Shown piece by piece: positions 10,203-19,659 of a stretch of DNA of 32,000 bases. The stretch comes from Aliivibrio fischeri ES114 (GTDB taxonomy: Bacteria > Pseudomonadota > Gammaproteobacteria > Enterobacterales > Vibrionaceae). The notes under the pieces were generated by a model. The model did not search any database. It saw only the letters and a list, made by a program, of their open reading frames with translations, and was not told the origin of the DNA. The DNA lies in assembly GCF_000011805.1 (NCBI RefSeq), contig NC_006840.2. One strand, given 5' to 3'. The translations under genes were made by a program, and so were the position numbers. Position 1 is the stretch's first letter. Each line of letters begins with the position of its first letter.

Positions 10203-10226
10203 GCCCCTCTAGTTAGGGGCTTTTTT
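10203..10226 (+). terminator. Intrinsic terminator after pstB
   Basis: GCCCCT-CTAGTT-AGGGGC followed by TTTTTT. Confidence 0.88.
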
Positions 10227-10288
10227 ATGTTATAACCTTATGTTTTTAATGAATTAATAAGCTCGTTCGCCCACATATTGACCACGAG

Positions 10289-11116
10289 TTATAATTCATA
10301 TTTCTTAAAATAATATAAATTTCGATTATATCTACCTACATAAGGAGCTTTATTTCGCCATGCCGAAGGATGAGAGGTTTTATATATCAAGGTTTCAGTA
10401 TTGTTATACACAGAATCAATCACGTACATAACCAGACCAGATAAGCTAATATCTCCCATAAAAATCAGAGGGGTTTCAATGTCATCTAAACGCTGAGTTT
10501 CTACATACTGGAATTCTTTTTCTAATAGTTCTCTAAAATTCCGATGGAACACACTTCTATTCGTTCCATCGACAGCCCCTTTCATTGTTAATTCACCAGA
10601 ATCCGCTTTTAAATAGAAGTCACCTGTAGTACAAGCATTTATAATTGCAATAGGATTCCAATTTTGAATTCGTCTCTCAAAATAGTCCATTCTATTTGGC
10701 CAAAGCTTAATAAAATTTCTAGTTCTCAATCGTTTTGGGTTCTGTCCTTCAGAGCACTGTTCTTGTAACGCATTAATAACGACTAAAGGATATAATCCAT
10801 CAGGCAACGTTATTGATAATTTTTGTAAAATATACAGTCCATATTCTTCAATTTTACTGCCAGAAAAACCATTAACAGGCCGTGAATTTACAGGTAAGCC
10901 CGTCGTTAAGTCTTTTAAGCCATTGACGACAAACTCATCAACATGAGGGCTTTCTGTCACAATAAGAATTGGTCGTTGGTATATATTTATATGTTTTTGG
11001 TATTCATTCAAACCAACAAAAATACTTTTATGATTTAAAGTTCTCCTAAACTGGATATTGCTATTTTTTACTACAAAAACACCAAATATTTCATCATCAC
11101 AAACTTTAAATTTCAT
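10289..11116 (-). CDS. Hypothetical protein, possibly uracil-DNA-glycosylase-like fold
   Basis: Long ORF (track start 11125); ATG at 11116 has an AGGTG Shine-Dalgarno 6 nt upstream. Motifs ILIVTESPHVDEF and TSHPSAWRN resemble the two ends of a UDG-superfamily domain. Confidence 0.6.
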   Translation of the reverse strand: MKFKVCDDEIFGVFVVKNSNIQFRRTLNHKSIFVGLNEYQKHINIYQRPILIVTESPHVDEFVVNGLKDLTTGLPVNSRPVNGFSGSKIEEYGLYILQKLSITLPDGLYPLVVINALQEQCSEGQNPKRLRTRNFIKLWPNRMDYFERRIQNWNPIAIINACTTGDFYLKADSGELTMKGAVDGTNRSVFHRNFRELLEKEFQYVETQRLDDIETPLIFMGDISLSGLVMYVIDSVYNNTETLIYKTSHPSAWRNKAPYVGRYNRNLYYFKKYEL

Positions 11117-11386
11117 AAATAACACCTAACCACGAACATAATAGAAAAACGTTGAACACCATAAACGGTTACACTTCTTCTGAATGATCAAATATTACAT
11201 TAGTAATATAAGACTAATATGCTGAAAAATTCACATATTAAGCATTACGTCTAAAAACTCGCTCCGCTTTAAAGACCTAATAGTTGTATTTTTTGTTAAA
11301 ACATGTAACCGAATGGTTATTTTAATGGACTTGTTATATCAAATATGAATAATAGACTCAACTACATTGAAATTACGGATAATTAT

Positions 11387-11977
11387 ATGAAGTTATTGAG
11401 TTTTCTATTATTTATTTTCTTTTCTATTTCAGCTCATGCTGATAAGTCAGGGTATTACATAACGACTAACCTAGAAAATTCTTCTGTTACTTTTCTTGGC
11501 GTTCAAACCGATCTCGATCAAGGTTATAACATTAAAGGAGGTTATGACTTTCCTATCAGTGAAACCTTTTATATGTCTGTTGAACTAGAATACAACAACA
11601 TGGGAGCCTTCGATTACGATTGGGCTGATGATAACGAATTTGCCAAAAGTCATATTGATGCACACTTCTTCGGCGCTAATTTGAAGTATCGAGCTTATGT
11701 TTTTGACTCCGACTTTTTCATCACCAGTATGTTTGGTTACGGTTATTATTATTTAGATATGGATGTTAACTTCTATCTAGAAGATGGTGGAAAAGGCTAT
11801 ATCGCAAATGGTTCTCAAAGCCGCAGTGCTCTTGGCTTATCTTATGGTTTTGAAGCCGGTTATGATTTTACTGAACACCTTGCTTTAACTGTCGGTCACA
11901 ATATTGCTAGAGCTATCATGGATGGTATTGGTTACGACTTTGGTACGTCATACCTAGGTTTAAGTTATAAATTCTAA
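11387..11977 (+). CDS. Outer-membrane beta-barrel protein (porin/OmpA-like)
   Basis: Signal peptide MKLLSFLLFIFFSISAHA starting at ATG 11387 (track start 11345), alternating aromatic/hydrophobic strands, C-terminal ...YLGLSYKF ending in Phe. Confidence 0.75.
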   Translation: MKLLSFLLFIFFSISAHADKSGYYITTNLENSSVTFLGVQTDLDQGYNIKGGYDFPISETFYMSVELEYNNMGAFDYDWADDNEFAKSHIDAHFFGANLKYRAYVFDSDFFITSMFGYGYYYLDMDVNFYLEDGGKGYIANGSQSRSALGLSYGFEAGYDFTEHLALTVGHNIARAIMDGIGYDFGTSYLGLSYKF

Positions 11978-12029
11978 CTTTCTCCCGACATAACAAGTTG
12001 TTTGGATCATTTCATTCCATTTAAAATAT

Positions 12030-12066
12030 GAGTACACTTGTTTTAATTATTACAACAGGTGTACTC
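12030..12066 (+). promoter_or_regulatory. Hairpin overlapping the Shine-Dalgarno of the following gene
   Basis: GAGTACACTTGTT(12030-12042)/AACAGGTGTACTC(12054-12066): 13 bp with one G-U, 11-nt loop, ends 2 nt before ATG at 12069; the SD-like AGGTG (12057-12061) is inside the 3' arm. Confidence 0.6.
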
Positions 12067-12068
12067 CT

Positions 12069-12698
12069 ATGAAAATACAATCTATTTTTGCTGCTAGCTT
12101 CTGTCTTCTTTCATCTATTTCAGCACATGCGGCCATTCAATTAACTGTACCTGACGAAGTTGAACTGATTCTTGTTGATAACCAAGAAGTAAAGCTTGAG
12201 AGCTCATTCTTTTCTACTACATCAACGCTTGATTTAGAAAATGGTAAACATCAAATTGTTTTTAGATATAACCCTGTATTCAAGCAAGGTAAAGATAACA
12301 TCATTGTATCAAGCGACATCATCGTCTCGACATTTTCTGCAGAAGATAAAGAAATAAGCTTTAAGTTCCCAACCTATAACTCTCCTGAAAAAGCTAAAGC
12401 ATTTAATCGCGATCTAAATTGGGAGTTAATAGATAAAAACAATAATAGTATTCCTTTCGCTCAGTCACAATTGATCTACAACGGAATGCAAGTTGGTCGA
12501 AATATTCAATTCGAAGTCGCAAAATTTAATACTACAGAGCACCCTGCTGCCTTTAAAGAAGGTATGGTTACCGTAACTCATAAAGAAATTAAAAATGAGC
12601 AAGGTGATAATACAGCAGAACAAATGCTGCATTATTGGTATGAGAAAGCCGATCAAGCTACAAAAGAACGCTTCTTAAAATCAATTACTAATAAGTAA
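12069..12698 (+). CDS. DUF2057 (YccT-like) secreted protein
   Basis: Signal peptide MKIQSIFAASFCLLSSISAHA; pattern LTVPDEVELILVDNQEV...LDLENGKHQIVFRY, C-terminal MLHYWYEKADQATKERFL. Confidence 0.8.
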   Translation: MKIQSIFAASFCLLSSISAHAAIQLTVPDEVELILVDNQEVKLESSFFSTTSTLDLENGKHQIVFRYNPVFKQGKDNIIVSSDIIVSTFSAEDKEISFKFPTYNSPEKAKAFNRDLNWELIDKNNNSIPFAQSQLIYNGMQVGRNIQFEVAKFNTTEHPAAFKEGMVTVTHKEIKNEQGDNTAEQMLHYWYEKADQATKERFLKSITNK

Positions 12699-12722
12699 AT
12701 TTATCCACATCAAAGGAATTGT

Positions 12723-13284
12723 ATGGGTAAAAATGGACTTGGATTTACCTTAATCGAACTCGTTATTGCGATTACTGTTGCGGCAGTAATTGCAATTATC
12801 GCTATTCCAAAATTTTTTAGCTACACCTCAGAATCCTATATTGCTCAAGCAGAAGGGATTGCTCAAAATTTTGAACAAAGTGTTCGATTAACCCAATATC
12901 GCTGGATTGCTAATGGCAATTTACAGTCAGGAAATGATGTTCAAGGTTTTGCTAATGATCAACTTGATGTAAACCTAAATGGCTTTCCTATTGGTATTAA
13001 TAAAAACAACCCAATGGCACAACCAAATAACATTGGTAGAGGTAAAAAAGGGTGTAATGATCTTTGGAATACACTCTTAATTGATCCACCTAGTGTTTCT
13101 CATAAAAAAAAAGACTGACTCTGATTTTCTATCAATACGTTATAGCAGTGAAGACAGTAGTTTTCAGGATGCTTGCTACTACATAAATAAGCATTACCAA
13201 TACACAGCTGATCCGCTTACTTCTGGCATTGTTATTTCGTATAACTCAACAACAGGTAAAGTTATTGTGATAACACATTTATAA
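12723..13284 (+). pseudogene. Type IV pilin-like gene interrupted by a frameshift at an A9 tract
   Basis: Frame 12723..13118 encodes MGKNGLG|FTLIELVIAITVAAVIAIIAIPKF...KKGCNDLWNTLLIDPPSVSHKKKD*. The continuation ...KKKTDSDFLSIRYSSEDSSFQDACYYINKHY...GIVISYNSTTGKVIVITHL lies in the adjacent frame of 13081..13284. Removing one A from the A9 run (13104-13112) gives one 186-aa pilin-like protein. Confidence 0.75.
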
Positions 13285-13287
13285 AAA

Positions 13288-13315
13288 AAAGGCTTATCAA
13301 CAATGATAAGCCTTT
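13288..13315. terminator. Bidirectional intrinsic terminator
   Basis: AAAGGCTTATCA-ACAA-TGATAAGCCTTT with flanking A/T tracts, between convergent genes. Confidence 0.85.
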
Positions 13316-13332
13316 CATTCTTACAGTTAATA

Positions 13333-14973
13333 TTACACTCTAAATTGTGACACCAATTGATCTAATCGCTCACATTGCTCGGATAATAAAGCACAAGCGC
13401 TTTCTGATTGGTTTACCATTTCAACCATTTGTCTACTGTTATCAGTAATTCGTTGAACGTTATTATTAACATCTTCGCTCACTTGGCTTTGTTGATTAGC
13501 AGCCGTTGCAATATGTGTATTCATATCGTTCATAACAATAATGGCATTGGTAATTTGAGCTAAAGATTGTGATGCTTGATTAGCTAACTCTATTGTTTCA
13601 ACACCACTCTGATTACTCGCATTAATCGCTTGTACCGCTTCTTTTGCACCTAGTTGAAGGCGTTCGATCATTTTTTGAATTTCACCAGTGCTATCTTGAG
13701 TCTTACTTGCTAGCGCTCTTACTTCATCAGCAACAACAGCAAAACCTCGCCCTTGTTCACCCGCACGAGCTGCTTCAATCGCTGCATTAAGTGCCAATAA
13801 GTTGGTTTGCTCAGCAATACCTTTAATCACATCTAAAATAGAGGCAATATTTGCAACATCAGTATCTAATGTTTGAATCACTTTGCCAGCCTGATTTATC
13901 TCATCCGCTAAACTCTGAATTGACCCCACAGTTTGTTGAAGAATATTATCAGTAACCTCCACTTCCGCAGTCGCTCCTTGACTCGCCTCCGCAGCGTCAT
14001 TCGCATTCTCATTAACCGTCGAACTTGTTACTTGCATTTCATGCACAGCTGCTGCAACTACTTCACTCTCTTGTTGCTGATTCATCGAGAATTGAGCTAC
14101 GTTTTGAGTTTGTGCTTTAATACTTTCCATTTCAGCACGTACAGCATTAGATGAGGCTATAACCTCTTGTACTGTTCCGTGAATTTTAGAAATAAACTGA
14201 TTGAACGCTTGGGCTAACTTTCCTAGTTCATCAGTAGAATCAATGCTAATTCGTTTTGATAAATCACCTTCACCAGAGGCAACATCCGACATTGCACTTT
14301 CAAGTGAACGAATCGGTTTTACGATCCAATTAATCGATAGCCAAAGGGCTAACATAGCAACAATAATCGCACTAATCGCACTAACTTGAGAAACCAGTTT
14401 CCCAAACTCTATACCTGTTTGACTTTGTTCTCTTAGCTTAACTTGTTCCGCCATAATTAAACGACTAATTGATTTTAGTTGTTTTCTAATGACTTTAAAT
14501 TGTTTCTCTAGCTCTGCACTATTTTGAGCATAATAAACTTGAGCAGTTTCAGGATGCTCAAATAACGGTTCGTAAAGTTGAATCCATCTTTGAGTTGCCG
14601 TTACCAAAACAGTCAATTCTGATGCCGTATTCATAGACAGAATCTGGTTGTCATATAAATCTTGTACTTTTTTCATTCTAGGAACGGCTTTATACGCATT
14701 ATCTTTGAATTCAAAAGTATGATGTTCAATATCCACTTGAGACTTTGACAACATAAGACCTTGAGTTGCAGCGATAACTTGATAAAGATCGCGATAGGCA
14801 TCTTCCAGGCTATCGTTAACAGGTTCTACTAACTCAACAAGCGTGTGATTCATTTCTGTCTGTTTATTTAAATTCACAATATTCAAAACAGAAATAACAC
14901 TAAATAATAGAACAACAGCAATAATCGGCATTGCTATTTTGTAACTGATTGATAAACGTCCAATTAGCTTCAT
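13333..14973 (-). CDS. Methyl-accepting chemotaxis protein
   Basis: N-terminal TM, periplasmic domain, second TM, HAMP ([34 protein letters not shown]) and the conserved hairpin tip [38 protein letters not shown]. Confidence 0.95.
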   Translation of the reverse strand: MKLIGRLSISYKIAMPIIAVVLLFSVISVLNIVNLNKQTEMNHTLVELVEPVNDSLEDAYRDLYQVIAATQGLMLSKSQVDIEHHTFEFKDNAYKAVPRMKKVQDLYDNQILSMNTASELTVLVTATQRWIQLYEPLFEHPETAQVYYAQNSAELEKQFKVIRKQLKSISRLIMAEQVKLREQSQTGIEFGKLVSQVSAISAIIVAMLALWLSINWIVKPIRSLESAMSDVASGEGDLSKRISIDSTDELGKLAQAFNQFISKIHGTVQEVIASSNAVRAEMESIKAQTQNVAQFSMNQQQESEVVAAAVHEMQVTSSTVNENANDAAEASQGATAEVEVTDNILQQTVGSIQSLADEINQAGKVIQTLDTDVANIASILDVIKGIAEQTNLLALNAAIEAARAGEQGRGFAVVADEVRALASKTQDSTGEIQKMIERLQLGAKEAVQAINASNQSGVETIELANQASQSLAQITNAIIVMNDMNTHIATAANQQSQVSEDVNNNVQRITDNSRQMVEMVNQSESACALLSEQCERLDQLVSQFRV

Positions 14974-15106
14974 AACCTCTCCTAAGGCAAACCAGCACTA
15001 ATATTTTTTTGGATATTATCAAATAACATTACAAACATAATTATAAATAACGTGAATATATGAAATGAATTTCATTCACCATTATTTTAAACGCGCAATT
15101 AATTTC

Positions 15107-18025
15107 TTATTTAAAAAAAGCATCCAGTGCCAAAATAGCAGCGCCATAAACCTGACTTATTTCGTCATTTCTGCACAAAGATATATCGTTATTTTTACCA
15201 TATTGCTCATATTGGTGACATAACGTATGTAGCTGCATTAAGCCCATACTACCTGCCGAACCTTTTAGTTTATGAGCCAATTGATTCACTTGATAACAAT
15301 CTTGATTTGAAATTGCCGTTTGTAACTCCTCTAAATTTTCTTTAGAAGACGTTTTAAAAACACCGACAATTTTACGCATTCGGTCTTCACCTAATACGTT
15401 AATATCACCTTGCAATACTTTTTCATTTAATATCATTTCATTTTCCTCTGTTTCGATTCCAGCTTCCATCTCTAGTTGTAAACTCGGAATAATGACGGGA
15501 GCTTTCAAATTTGACTTCCCATCATTTAAGATGCGATTCAATGTGCTTACTAATTGATTTTCAACCAATGGTTTTGCTAAAAAGCCATTAAAACCGGCAG
15601 AAAGATAACTCTCTACATCTTCATGAAAAACATGTGCCGAAACCGCTAACATTGGGAGTTCGTCTTGGTGGTCGTCTTTTGTCGCATAAATTTCTCTTAG
15701 ACGTTTTTGTAAGGTCACACCATCCGTATCAGGTAAATTAATATCTAACAGAAGTAAATCAAATTGATGCTTTTCAATGGCTTCTTCGGCTTTTTTACCT
15801 GTATCTACAGCAATAACATGATGTCCTAGGCGTTCTAGAAAACCAATGGCAACCATCTGATTGACTGGATTATCTTCCACTAAAAGAATATTAACAGGTG
15901 CGATATCTATTGCTGTTTTATCATCACTCAATGATTCAACAGGCTGACCTTCATCAAGCTCAAGGGAGAACCAAAATGTACTACCTTGACCTTCTATAGA
16001 TTCGACACCAATCTCGCCATCCATCGCTTCAATTAGGCGTTGACTAATGGCTAAACCCAACCCTGTTCCACCACTAACTTTCATACCCTCTTCAGCTTGA
16101 GTGAATACATCGAATAAAGTATCTATTTCATGCTCAGCAATCCCAACACCAGTATCAATGACTTCAAATAAAAGCGTTGTATCCAAAATAAGGCTTAACT
16201 GAATTGTTACGCTACCTGTATGAGTAAATTTAATTGCATTCCCTACAAAGTTATTTAATACCTGACGAATGCGTGAACAATCACCGCTCCACCACTCAGG
16301 GGTATCAACAGGCACATTAACCGATAATGTAATTCCTTTTTGTTGAGCTCGAGAGCTAAATAAATGATGTACATCCGTAATCATTGATTGAACGCTAAAG
16401 TTCTTCTTACGAATAGATAAATGTCCAGCTTCAATTTTTGAGTAATCCAGTATGTCATTCAATAAATCCAATAAGTTTTCACCACTACGGTTAATGATAT
16501 CAACATACTGTTTTTGTTGAGCAGTTAAACCGCTCCCACGAAGCAGCTCACCGGTTCCAAGTACACCATTTAAAGGAGTTCGAATTTCATGGCTCATAGT
16601 TGCAAGGAACGCTGATTTTGCTCTGTTTGCTTGTTCAGCAAGATCCCTTGCTTTATCGTGGTTAATAATCTCGACATTAAGTCGCTCATTACTCGACTTA
16701 AGCTCTTGGGTTCGTTGTGCTATTTGTAATTCTAAGCTGTCTTTATATTCTTTCAGTTCTTGAGCTGTATCCCTGGCAATAAGAATTGAACGTCCCATAC
16801 GAGCTAACTCATCGTCACCAGTAGTATCCAATTCTATATCTAATTGACCATTAGCTACGTTCGTGATTGCTTCTTCATATTGATTTAATCGTGTAATCAC
16901 ACGTGCATAAACATAACGCCACATGATGTAGATAACTAGGCATAGGCCAAGCATTGTTATTGATATCAATAATTGCTGTACGACTTTCAATACAAAGTTA
17001 ACATCAGCGACCGCTTGTTGAGTTACATCATTTGCCTGTTCAAGTAATTGTGAAATAGTTAAATTAAGCTCTTGAAATTTATGAACGTTTTCATCACCTA
17101 ACAACTTTAGCTTTTGATTTATATTAACCAGCTGAATTAATTCATTAAACAAACGCTCACTCTTCGTTAAATCATTAGCTAGATCAAGCATTTGTTTTGT
17201 TCGACTTGGATCTTCTACCGCTTGCACCCTACGAGTTATAATGGTCATATCTCGAGTAAAATCTTGTCTTAACTTCTCTATTTTTTTGATGTTATGACTG
17301 TTTCTTGCATCATCTATCGTATTGACCACTTTAAAGGTAAGTAAGCGTAATTCATGCAAACGCTCTGCTAAATCCAAATCCGTTTCTACCAGAGTATCCA
17401 ATGCTTTATAAACCGCTTCTTTTTCGCCATTTTCAACTAAATCATATATTTTCACGACATTAGCTATCGTAACGGTATTTGAATTTAATACTTGCGAGCG
17501 TGATAACTCCTCCAAACGAAGAGCGGTTTCTGTTAACTTCTGGCTCTTCTCTTGAATCGTTCGATGCAGGACTACTTTCTCACCAACGCTTTCACCCATT
17601 GTTGCCAAATTATCGACAATGTCTTGAACTTGAAGATCTAAACGAGCTAATAATGCTTTATCAAATGGATAGACACCGAGACCTTTTAAACGGTGATATA
17701 GACTCTCTATCGACTCAAACAGGTCTTTGCCGTATTTTTTTCTATCGTCTTCAGAATCTACTTGTGAGAGTAATTGAGATGTTGAAATGATCTTTGTGCT
17801 TAAATCTGAAATGTAACGCGCTTCAATAACGGCAGGTATTGCCGAATCAATTACCGTTCTTTCTGTTTTTTCTACGTATGAAAAGCCAAGAACACCAACA
17901 ACCGATCCAAATGCCATAAGCGCAATCATCACCATGAATGTGATAAGCAGCTTGCGACCGATCCCTGTAGAAGCAAATAACATAATATTGAAACACTTTG
18001 GAAAAAGAAGTAATGCGGGTATCAT
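15107..18025 (-). CDS. torS: TorS-like hybrid sensor histidine kinase (HK-REC-HPt)
   Basis: H-box MSHEIRTPLNG, ATPase motifs, receiver VLLVEDNPVNQMVA...LLLLDINLP, HPt HKLKGSAGSMG; divergent from a torT-like gene. Real start may be the Met at 17983 (MLFASTGIGRKLLITF). Confidence 0.85.
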   Translation of the reverse strand: MIPALLLFPKCFNIMLFASTGIGRKLLITFMVMIALMAFGSVVGVLGFSYVEKTERTVIDSAIPAVIEARYISDLSTKIISTSQLLSQVDSEDDRKKYGKDLFESIESLYHRLKGLGVYPFDKALLARLDLQVQDIVDNLATMGESVGEKVVLHRTIQEKSQKLTETALRLEELSRSQVLNSNTVTIANVVKIYDLVENGEKEAVYKALDTLVETDLDLAERLHELRLLTFKVVNTIDDARNSHNIKKIEKLRQDFTRDMTIITRRVQAVEDPSRTKQMLDLANDLTKSERLFNELIQLVNINQKLKLLGDENVHKFQELNLTISQLLEQANDVTQQAVADVNFVLKVVQQLLISITMLGLCLVIYIMWRYVYARVITRLNQYEEAITNVANGQLDIELDTTGDDELARMGRSILIARDTAQELKEYKDSLELQIAQRTQELKSSNERLNVEIINHDKARDLAEQANRAKSAFLATMSHEIRTPLNGVLGTGELLRGSGLTAQQKQYVDIINRSGENLLDLLNDILDYSKIEAGHLSIRKKNFSVQSMITDVHHLFSSRAQQKGITLSVNVPVDTPEWWSGDCSRIRQVLNNFVGNAIKFTHTGSVTIQLSLILDTTLLFEVIDTGVGIAEHEIDTLFDVFTQAEEGMKVSGGTGLGLAISQRLIEAMDGEIGVESIEGQGSTFWFSLELDEGQPVESLSDDKTAIDIAPVNILLVEDNPVNQMVAIGFLERLGHHVIAVDTGKKAEEAIEKHQFDLLLLDINLPDTDGVTLQKRLREIYATKDDHQDELPMLAVSAHVFHEDVESYLSAGFNGFLAKPLVENQLVSTLNRILNDGKSNLKAPVIIPSLQLEMEAGIETEENEMILNEKVLQGDINVLGEDRMRKIVGVFKTSSKENLEELQTAISNQDCYQVNQLAHKLKGSAGSMGLMQLHTLCHQYEQYGKNNDISLCRNDEISQVYGAAILALDAFFK

Positions 18026-18056
18026 ATCACCAACCTAAAGCCAGTGCGAAGATACC

Positions 18057-19055
18057 ATGAAGCTTACTTTTCATCTTATATACATTATTTTATTCTCTGT
18101 CTTTTTATCGCCTCTTGCCCACGCAAAAACACCTTGGAAATTGTGTGCAATCTACCCACATTTAAAAGACTCTTACTGGTTATCTGTTAACTATGGAATG
18201 GTAAAAGAAGCTAAAGCTCAGCATGTTGAATTAACCGTCTATGAATCTGGTGGTTATCCTAATGTTGAACGACAAACTCAACAAATCGAGCAATGTGTAT
18301 TGAATGGTTCTGATGCAATCATTTTAGGTACCGTTGATCCTATGGCTTTTCAAGCTAACCTTATTACGCTTACAAAAGGCATACCTGTTTTTGCTACCGT
18401 AAATCAACTAATTAGTTCCTATCCTCCAGCCACCCCAGTTCATCATGGTGAAGTCGGTGTTGATTGGTATGAAATGGGCTATAAAACTGGTGAATTTTTA
18501 GCTAAAAGACACCCAAAGGATTCTGGTATCACTTATATTGGCTGGCTCCCTGGTCCTAAAACTAGAGGTGGAACAAAACCCGTCACCCAAGGTTTTAATG
18601 ATGCGATTAAAGACAGCGATATTATCGTCAGTGCAACGTACTGGGGTGATAACAGTAAGGAATTACAACGCAACTTAATTCAAGATGCTTTGCAAACAGA
18701 AAAATTGGATTATTTGGTTGGAGGTGCTGTCGCAATTGAGGTGGCAATCAGTGAAGTCGCAAGCCGAAAAATGCAAAATCAAGTGGGTTTAGTCTCTACT
18801 TACTTAAGTCATGCAGTATATCGCGGTTTATTACGTAATCGCGTGTTATTCTCCCCCACTGATAAAATGGTATTACAGGGACAGCTGAGTATTCAACAAG
18901 CGGTGAGTTATCTTAATAAACACCCACTGTCTTTTCAGTTATCACCAAAAATTGAAGCATTAACACCGCAGCATTTACCAAAAAAAGTTCTCGAAGAATC
19001 ACTCTCACCTGCAGAGTATCGTCCTACTTTTTTCGTATCAGCTGAAAAACAATAA
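18057..19055 (+). CDS. torT: TorT-like periplasmic binding protein
   Basis: Signal peptide, then WKLCAIYPHLKDSYWLSVNYGMVKEA...GNAVIL-type PBP1 fold, GWLPGPKTRGGTKPVTQGF; adjacent to torS. Confidence 0.85.
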   Translation: MKLTFHLIYIILFSVFLSPLAHAKTPWKLCAIYPHLKDSYWLSVNYGMVKEAKAQHVELTVYESGGYPNVERQTQQIEQCVLNGSDAIILGTVDPMAFQANLITLTKGIPVFATVNQLISSYPPATPVHHGEVGVDWYEMGYKTGEFLAKRHPKDSGITYIGWLPGPKTRGGTKPVTQGFNDAIKDSDIIVSATYWGDNSKELQRNLIQDALQTEKLDYLVGGAVAIEVAISEVASRKMQNQVGLVSTYLSHAVYRGLLRNRVLFSPTDKMVLQGQLSIQQAVSYLNKHPLSFQLSPKIEALTPQHLPKKVLEESLSPAEYRPTFFVSAEKQ

Positions 19056-19151
19056 TTAAAACAACGCTTATATATTGTCATAAAATTGAGGTATAGACGT
19101 TGTACCCTCTACAAATTGTACCCTGCTATAAAATAGGAATAAGGAATATCA

Positions 19152-19607
19152 ATGAATAAAACAACAAGGGTCATGCCTGCACATAAACACATTGCATTAG
19201 TTGCTCATGATAATTACAAACCAGAATTATTACGTTGGGTAAAAGAGAATAAAGATGCCTTACAAGGTCATTTTCTTTATGCGACGGGAACAACTGGCCG
19301 CATTCTAAGTAAAGAAACAGGTTTAGCAATAAAGAGTTTATTGAGCGGTCCTATGGGGGGAGATCAGCAACTTGGCGCTCTTATCTCTGAAGGAAAAATC
19401 GATATGATGATTTTCTTTTGGGATCCTCTAAACGCCGTACCGCATGATCCTGATGTAAAAGCGCTTCTACGCATTGCAACAGTATGGAATGTTCCCGTAG
19501 CAATGAACCGTGCAAGTGCCAAATTTATGATTTCGGCTCCTCAAATGGAAGAAGAAGTATCAATCGAAATTCCTGATTATGATGCTTATTTAGCTGAACG
19601 CGTTTAG
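19152..19607 (+). CDS. mgsA: Methylglyoxal synthase
   Basis: 151 aa; [77 protein letters not shown]. Confidence 0.96.
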   Translation: MNKTTRVMPAHKHIALVAHDNYKPELLRWVKENKDALQGHFLYATGTTGRILSKETGLAIKSLLSGPMGGDQQLGALISEGKIDMMIFFWDPLNAVPHDPDVKALLRIATVWNVPVAMNRASAKFMISAPQMEEEVSIEIPDYDAYLAERV

Positions 19608-19617
19608 CTTAATAAAA

Positions 19618-19647
19618 AAATAGCCGCTATTTTCGAGCGGCTATTTT
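19618..19647. terminator. Bidirectional terminator between mgsA and helD
   Basis: AAATAGCCGCT/AGCGGCTATTT inverted repeat with flanking A/T tracts. Confidence 0.85.
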
Positions 19648-19659
19648 ATTGTCCCTAAG

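Noticed and set aside
12465-12656. 63-aa minus-strand ORF
   Set aside because: Antisense to the DUF2057 gene.
13933-14389. Plus-strand ORFs of 73 and 62 aa
   Set aside because: Antisense to the chemotaxis receptor, no support.
17479-17790. 103-aa plus-strand ORF
   Set aside because: Antisense to torS with no recognisable features.
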